Below, piece after piece: positions 58,685 to 64,000 of a stretch of 64,000 nucleotides of DNA. The notes beneath the pieces were generated by a model. The model had not been told where the DNA came from and did not search any database. It saw nothing but the letters and a program-made list of their open reading frames with translations. The stretch is from Promethearchaeati archaeon SRVP18_Atabeyarchaeia-1. Lineage in GTDB: Archaea > Asgardarchaeota > Atabeyarchaeia > Atabeyarchaeales > Atabeyarchaeaceae. The stretch spans positions 1,248,001 to 1,312,000 of the forward strand of contig CP147779.1 in assembly GCA_037308085.1 (NCBI GenBank), in the 5' to 3' direction. The translations under genes and the position numbers were made by a program. Numbering within the stretch: position 1 is the first letter of the stretch; each line of letters begins with the position of its first letter.

Positions 58685-59479
58685 TCATCTGTTGTTCTTT
58701 CTAGCCACTCGGTTAGCCATTAGCGCTGCCACCGTTCCTGCTGCAACACCCGCATCGATATTAACCACTGCTATACCTAGGGCGCATGCTTGGAGCATTG
58801 CAGTCAGGGCGCTCATACCCTTCTCACCTATTCCGTAACCTGTCGACGTAGGAACTGCTATAACCGGGATATCAATTAGACCAGCAACAACTGATGGCAG
58901 AGCACCTTCTCTTCCGGCTACGGCAACCACAACATCTACATCCTTTTCTATGAGTTCCCTCAGTGCTGGGAAAAGCCTGTGAATTCCAGCCACTCCAACA
59001 TCATAAGCCGCATGGGTTTCACACCCCATTTCTTCGGCTATGATTCTAGCTTCTTCTGCAACCGCTATATCTGATGTCCCTGCTGCAAGAATGCCTATCT
59101 TTCCCCCCGTTTTGCTCAAGTGATAGTCAGCGCTTCTCGCTACAACCATTCTCGCTTTCTCAAAGACAGTCAAGGTCACAGACGAGCCGCGTTTGAACTC
59201 TTTTTGAAGCGAGACGATGTGCTCCTTGCTAACCCTGCTGACTATGGCTCTGCCACAGCTACCCAGCAACTTTGAGGTTATTTCGGTAGTCTCCTCCGGC
59301 GTCTTTCCCTCAGCCAAGACTATCTCAGGTACGCTTCTCCGGCACTCCCTTCCAACATCGATCCTAGCCATGCTACCGACTTCTTCAACCATGAAAAGCT
59401 TGAGCAGCTTCTCAGCCTCGTCGACGGAGATCTCCTTAGCAGCCAATTTCTCCAAAACGTCCCTCAATCTTTCTCGCAC
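58685..59479 (-). CDS. larB: Nickel pincer cofactor biosynthesis protein LarB
   Basis: PEIVLAEGKT, AGTSD, DVGVAGIHRL, AGREGALPSVV, PTSTGYG, VVNID. Confidence 0.93.
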   Translation of the reverse strand: MRERLRDVLEKLAAKEISVDEAEKLLKLFMVEEVGSMARIDVGRECRRSVPEIVLAEGKTPEETTEITSKLLGSCGRAIVSRVSKEHIVSLQKEFKRGSSVTLTVFEKARMVVARSADYHLSKTGGKIGILAAGTSDIAVAEEARIIAEEMGCETHAAYDVGVAGIHRLFPALRELIEKDVDVVVAVAGREGALPSVVAGLIDIPVIAVPTSTGYGIGEKGMSALTAMLQACALGIAVVNIDAGVAAGTVAALMANRVARKNNR

Positions 59480-59527
59480 TCCAAGTATCTCTTCCGCACA
59501 ATTACCAAATGACTTTAATAAAGCATT

Positions 59528-60868
59528 TTGATCTTATGTCTAATGTCTCTATGCCAGCCCGATGCACTTCAAAAGTGGGATGTGGAAGTTGTGGAGAAGC
59601 TAGGGAATCGCATAATGGTCATAGATTGCCAACTCTCAGGAATATCGGGTGACATGATTCTTGGCGCACTTCTTGGGATTGGGGCAGATGAGGATAAGGT
59701 CAAGCGGGCTGTCGAGTCTGTCAGGAGTCATGTGGGCTGGTGCGAGGAGATCAAAGTCAACGTCAGAGACGTAATGAAGGGAGAATTCAAAGCTAAGGAA
59801 GTCGATATTGACATAAGGGAAACTGTTCCTCAGAAAGGAAAAGGTAGGTCCTCCAACTATCTAAGAGACGCGGTTAACGACTCGGTTAGAGAACTTGAGT
59901 TATCGGATCGCGCTCAGGAGTTTGCATCTAAGGCGATAGATACACTTGTTGAAGCCGAGAGAAAAATCCACGGAGAAAGCCACGGAAGCGAACCTGAGCT
60001 TCGCGAGCTAGGCTCAACGGACACGGTGGCTGACATTGTCGGCGCCGCAACAGCTCTTGACGACCTTAGAGCTTTAGATGAAGCCACTATCTACTCTACG
60101 CCTGTAGCTGTTGGTGGCGGACTATTCAAATTCTCGCACGGCGTATTGCAGTCTCCTGGACCGGCCGCACTGGAGATTCTTCGCAAGTTCTCCTTCGCGA
60201 TGATCGGTGGTCCTGTCGAAGCAGAGCTGATAACGCCTACAGGCGCTTCGTTGCTAGTCAACATGGCAAGCGGAGGATCAAGCAGGTTTTACCCCGGTCT
60301 GAAGCCTACCGCCGTGGGCTATGGCGCAGGCAAGAATGATCTTGGCGACGTGCCCAATGTCTTACGGATAGTTCTCGGGAGCACAATAGACTATGAACTA
60401 TTGACGGATAGAGTCTACGTCCTAGAAACTAACCTTGACGATGTTCAGGGCGAGACTATCGGATTCCTCATGGAGCGGCTGCTAAGAGAGAAAGTCAGAG
60501 ACGCTTGCATTATACCAGTGACAATGAAGAAGGGTCGTCCAGGACAGATACTGAAAGTCATGGTAGATGAAAGCGAGGTTGAAAGAATATCGCGGGTCCT
60601 AATTGATGAGACTGGCACACTGGGCGTGCGCGGCTATCCGGTTAGGAGGTATGTTGCTTCACGCGAGATTGTTCCAATCGAGGTCTCAATAGATGGCAAG
60701 ATCAAGAGGGTGAGAGTCAAAATCGGGAGAACAAGGAGTGGCAAAGTGATCAGCCTGAAACCTGAGTACGAAGACGTGAGTAGCATCTCGATTGAGACCA
60801 ACAAACCTTTCAAAGACGTCGAAGAGATTGTTAAGGAAGAAGCCAGAAAAAGGATAGGGCCGGACTAG
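59528..60868 (+). CDS. larC: Nickel insertase LarC
   Basis: SGISGDMILGAL, AERKIHG, ELITPTGA, ETNLDD, MKKGRPG, ETGTLGVR, KPEYED. True start probably ~59588. Confidence 0.93.
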   Translation: MILCLMSLCQPDALQKWDVEVVEKLGNRIMVIDCQLSGISGDMILGALLGIGADEDKVKRAVESVRSHVGWCEEIKVNVRDVMKGEFKAKEVDIDIRETVPQKGKGRSSNYLRDAVNDSVRELELSDRAQEFASKAIDTLVEAERKIHGESHGSEPELRELGSTDTVADIVGAATALDDLRALDEATIYSTPVAVGGGLFKFSHGVLQSPGPAALEILRKFSFAMIGGPVEAELITPTGASLLVNMASGGSSRFYPGLKPTAVGYGAGKNDLGDVPNVLRIVLGSTIDYELLTDRVYVLETNLDDVQGETIGFLMERLLREKVRDACIIPVTMKKGRPGQILKVMVDESEVERISRVLIDETGTLGVRGYPVRRYVASREIVPIEVSIDGKIKRVRVKIGRTRSGKVISLKPEYEDVSSISIETNKPFKDVEEIVKEEARKRIGPD

Positions 60869-60876
60869 AAGACAAG

Positions 60877-62745
60877 TTATTGTCCCCTCAAAGCCAAGTT
60901 TAGGTATTCTCCGTCTTCGCTGTAGACGAGCTCGTGTTTTAGGAAGAGGTCTAGTTTCTCCTTGATGAGCGCCTTGCTCAGATGTGGCAGGGCGTGCTGC
61001 AGAGTGTCCAAAGTCTGGACATCCTCGCACAGTATGAATATGTCTCTTTCGTCATGCTCAAGCGTGAAGATCTTGACCACTTTGTGCGTGCGTTCGTCTC
61101 TTATCTGAAGAAAAGACTTCATGTCATGGTACTCGAGTTCGGGATACTCAGACTGCCACTTGCTCAGTGATTCATCAAGGACTTTTCTGAACTCCACCAA
61201 TTGGCTATAGGTAGTTGCGTTCTGATTCTCCAACTTGAAGGAATAGAAGTATGGGAGAATCAGGTCTCTCATCTTGTCGGGAAGCCACGGAAATATGTCC
61301 TGTCCGAACAGCAGTCTTGCGATCTCGTCTTCGGCGAAGTTTTTCAGGTTCGCTCCGAGGTTTATCGTAACGCCGAATTGCTTCGGGTTTACATACACGG
61401 TAGACCCATAGTTGAGGTTGAAATCAGCAGTCGTGACATACTGGAGTAGATTGCTGCAGCTCTTCATGACCCTGAGCGATGTCTGGAGGTCCTCGACTGT
61501 TTCGCCGGGGAATCCCACTATCACATTTCCACTTACTTTCATACCGAGCTGCTTGCCCCATTTGAGAACCTTTATGTTATCCATAACCCTGGAGTTCTTC
61601 TGCATCTTCCTTAGAAGTGGGTTGCTGAATGACTCAAAGCCAACTTGGAGTCTCTTAAATCCTGCCTTCTGCATTTTCTCAAGCAGTTGCCTGCTGATGT
61701 CTTGGGGACAGGTCTCTGCAAAGAGGTCGAAATCCCGGTCTTCACTTATCAGAAGGTCACACAGCCTCTCAAGGTTCGCGATATTCCCTAATATGTCGAG
61801 GTCGATGAAGACGAAGCGTCGGGTCTTGTGCCTATCACTTTCATAGAGCAACTCTTTGAAAACCTGCTCGGCTGGTCGGGCTCTATATCCAGGAGTTGAA
61901 AAGGAGGTGCAGAATGCGCACTTGCCCCAGGGGCATCCTCTCCCCATTTCTATGAGTAGTTCTTCGATCTTGTCAGAATTCGGATAGTCGCTGTAGTCCG
62001 GAAACGAGAGTGAGGACAGGTCAGATGCCAAGGGTTGTGGAGGGTTTCGGACGACCGTCTCGCCGCGCCTTTGAATTGTTCCTTTGACAGAGCTCATTTT
62101 GATTTCTCGATTTAGGCCCTTGGCCAAGTCCTTGATGATTGGCTCTCCTTCTCCGTCGGCGATGATGTCAATCTGGTTAAAATTCTCGATGAGCTGGACA
62201 CCGAAATTGCCATGGCATGCGAATCCTCCAAAGACGGTTTTCGTGTTAGGGCTCATCGATTTGATTGACGCGGCCAAGTATAGCCCTGGAATGAGTTGCG
62301 TCAGGGTGACAGTTGAGATCCCTACAATCTCAAAGCTTTTCCAATCAATGCTCTCAATCCACTTGTCTGTCCATTCAGTTACCTCTGATTGAAAGAATGA
62401 AAGGCGATCATTGAAGTCGTAGTCGCCATTCTCTTCGACAACTTCTTTGACCATTTTGAGTATTTTCCTGCTTTTGTTATCATAATACTTGGGGAATAAC
62501 ATTGAGGAAAAGGCGTAGAGTGTAAGTATTGCATCTTCAGGCTCAATCGCATCGAGCTCTCCAGACAGAAAGTTGTGGTATTCAGCATTCCAGTGCCGAC
62601 ATGAGCATTCGGTTTTAATTGACAATAGCACGGATTTCAGGTAGCTGGTCGCCAGCGAAGGGTACCAGTAGACCCCACCTACGAATTGAGACACGAGGTG
62701 GTGGATCGGCGGATCCACCAAGATTATTCTAGCTACCAAACCCAA
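60877..62745 (-). CDS. B12-binding radical SAM enzyme, RiPP-maturation-like
   Basis: B12-binding region (GIST...FGG...GEGE), GRGCPWGKCAFC, QVGFESFS, GFPGET, C-terminal small domain. Confidence 0.8.
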   Translation of the reverse strand: MGLVARIILVDPPIHHLVSQFVGGVYWYPSLATSYLKSVLLSIKTECSCRHWNAEYHNFLSGELDAIEPEDAILTLYAFSSMLFPKYYDNKSRKILKMVKEVVEENGDYDFNDRLSFFQSEVTEWTDKWIESIDWKSFEIVGISTVTLTQLIPGLYLAASIKSMSPNTKTVFGGFACHGNFGVQLIENFNQIDIIADGEGEPIIKDLAKGLNREIKMSSVKGTIQRRGETVVRNPPQPLASDLSSLSFPDYSDYPNSDKIEELLIEMGRGCPWGKCAFCTSFSTPGYRARPAEQVFKELLYESDRHKTRRFVFIDLDILGNIANLERLCDLLISEDRDFDLFAETCPQDISRQLLEKMQKAGFKRLQVGFESFSNPLLRKMQKNSRVMDNIKVLKWGKQLGMKVSGNVIVGFPGETVEDLQTSLRVMKSCSNLLQYVTTADFNLNYGSTVYVNPKQFGVTINLGANLKNFAEDEIARLLFGQDIFPWLPDKMRDLILPYFYSFKLENQNATTYSQLVEFRKVLDESLSKWQSEYPELEYHDMKSFLQIRDERTHKVVKIFTLEHDERDIFILCEDVQTLDTLQHALPHLSKALIKEKLDLFLKHELVYSEDGEYLNLALRGQ

Positions 62746-63282
62746 TCCTACCCGATTTCATATTAGTGCTCCTCGTAATCAATCTTGCTATGTCACTTCA
62801 GATCGTGGAAGATTTATGCATCCAGCGACACGGGTGTACGGATATCCGAGCTGATCGAGGCAATAGCGGAAGGAGTAACAAGGTTGCTCGGGCGTGATGG
62901 AGATTACGGGTAGCACAGATCCAAAGACCAAAATAAATATGGGATACCCGAAAAGTGATCCCAAAACTCACCCCCCCCTCTTTTTTCTATGTTTCTAAAT
63001 AGCCGCATTCAGCGCTTCCAGTGTACGATGGGAAAACTTCCGTCGGGAGCATCTCCGTCAGGAGCATCACCGAGCTTTCGCGCGCGTGGCTCGGGTTCCG
63101 CTTCAAGGTGATCTACACGGAGAATGCAATGTTTAGGGGCGAGTCGTTGGATGGGGCCTGCCCGCGTGAAGCCAAGGTGGTAACGTGGTAGACCGATCAG
63201 ACCATGCGAAGGTATAAATGTGATTCATAGATAGATGCTCTCAGCTGTGTACGTGTCTTCCATTTTGTTTTGGTGATGGGTT

Positions 63283-63981
63283 TTGTCGAGAGACGAGAAC
63301 AATTTCAAGATGTTTGAAAAGGCGCCCTACGCCCTTCCCGACGCGAAGGCGCTGCTGAAGGCACAGACAGATGGAATAAAGGTGCAGGAGAAGATATTTG
63401 GCCCAGTTTTCACGACGAGACTTGTCTCGAGTGCGGTCGAGTTCGCGTCGCGAAAGGTTGGGGAGAAACCGGCTAATGAAGTGAAGACTCTTGATCAGCT
63501 GACGAGCTACCTCCTCTCCTTGACTGCGAGGTACCCGACGCCTTACTGCGCGGTAATGTACGCCCAGCACAGAGTTGAGTGGGACCTACAAGGAAAGGGG
63601 GCACTGGGTCGCGTAGGGGACATGGGCTTCGAGAGGAAATTCGCCGAGGTGCAGAAAGTTGGTGGGAAGATCGTAGACTTCGACAAGATTGTGTCCGACC
63701 TCCGTAGTGCGTCGGTGATGATGAAGCTCAGCCCCAGCGAGTTCGGCTACAGGAAGAACAAGTATGGTGGGGTGGACTTCGTCGTGCCAAACTGCTTTTA
63801 CCTAGACGGGTGCAGGCAAGCGTTAAGAGAGGGCTTGTTGAAGAGACCCGATGGAAGAACGCAGTGCGATCTGGGATCGTCGCTGTGCCAGTTCTTTAAG
63901 GTGGCGACAGGCTCAGAGTATGACTATGACCTGCTGGAAGTGCATGACCCTCGGTGCGTAATCACCTACTATGTGATGTGA
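63283..63981 (+). CDS. Hypothetical protein with V4R-like Cys pattern
   Basis: CFYLDGC...QC...C near the C-terminus; TATAAA upstream. Confidence 0.6.
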   Translation: MSRDENNFKMFEKAPYALPDAKALLKAQTDGIKVQEKIFGPVFTTRLVSSAVEFASRKVGEKPANEVKTLDQLTSYLLSLTARYPTPYCAVMYAQHRVEWDLQGKGALGRVGDMGFERKFAEVQKVGGKIVDFDKIVSDLRSASVMMKLSPSEFGYRKNKYGGVDFVVPNCFYLDGCRQALREGLLKRPDGRTQCDLGSSLCQFFKVATGSEYDYDLLEVHDPRCVITYYVM

Positions 63982-64000
63982 AGATTCGCCATAAAATGGG

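Noticed and set aside
63003-63191. Frame reading SALPVYDGKTSVGSISVRSI, CBS-domain-like
   Set aside because: Short, preceded by a stop codon and similarity only by eye; at most a pseudogene scrap.
1-64000. CRISPR arrays, tRNA and rRNA genes; many antisense ORFs in the track
   Set aside because: No regularly spaced repeats or tRNA/rRNA signatures seen by eye. Antisense and nested ORFs are shadows of the well-supported genes.

Overview
Archaeal chromosomal window, most likely an Asgard archaeon. The inference rests on eL22, an ARPC4-like protein, a Rab-like GTPase and two single-pass membrane proteins with cytoplasmic longin-like domains. Most genes are metabolic or housekeeping: ADP-forming acyl-CoA ligases, grpE-dnaK, dnaJ, sirtuin, AOR, amino-acid dehydrogenase, GH35, PPi-PFK, prs, GlcD/GlcF-like pair, larB/larC. 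The main hidden feature is a family of transposase-less mobile elements bounded by IS6-like terminal inverted repeats (consensus about GG(T/C)TCTGTYAMNTCTKCGG) with about 8-bp target duplications, carrying TnpB and/or a putative omega-RNA. There are four copies: a full tnpB element (3822-5116; RuvC-III Asp reads His), an internally deleted tnpB element (6037-7002), a 269-bp omega-RNA-only mini-element (12433-12701) beside grpE-dnaK, and a 3'-end remnant (30708-30759) at the dnaJ promoter. The TIR appears to form part of the RNA's covarying terminal hairpin. Several apparent pseudo-enzymes also occur: IS607 TnpA Ser>Phe, a His-less ACD alpha, a degenerate glycerate kinase and a degenerate KaiC-like protein. 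All calls are by-eye motif recognition; no searches were run.
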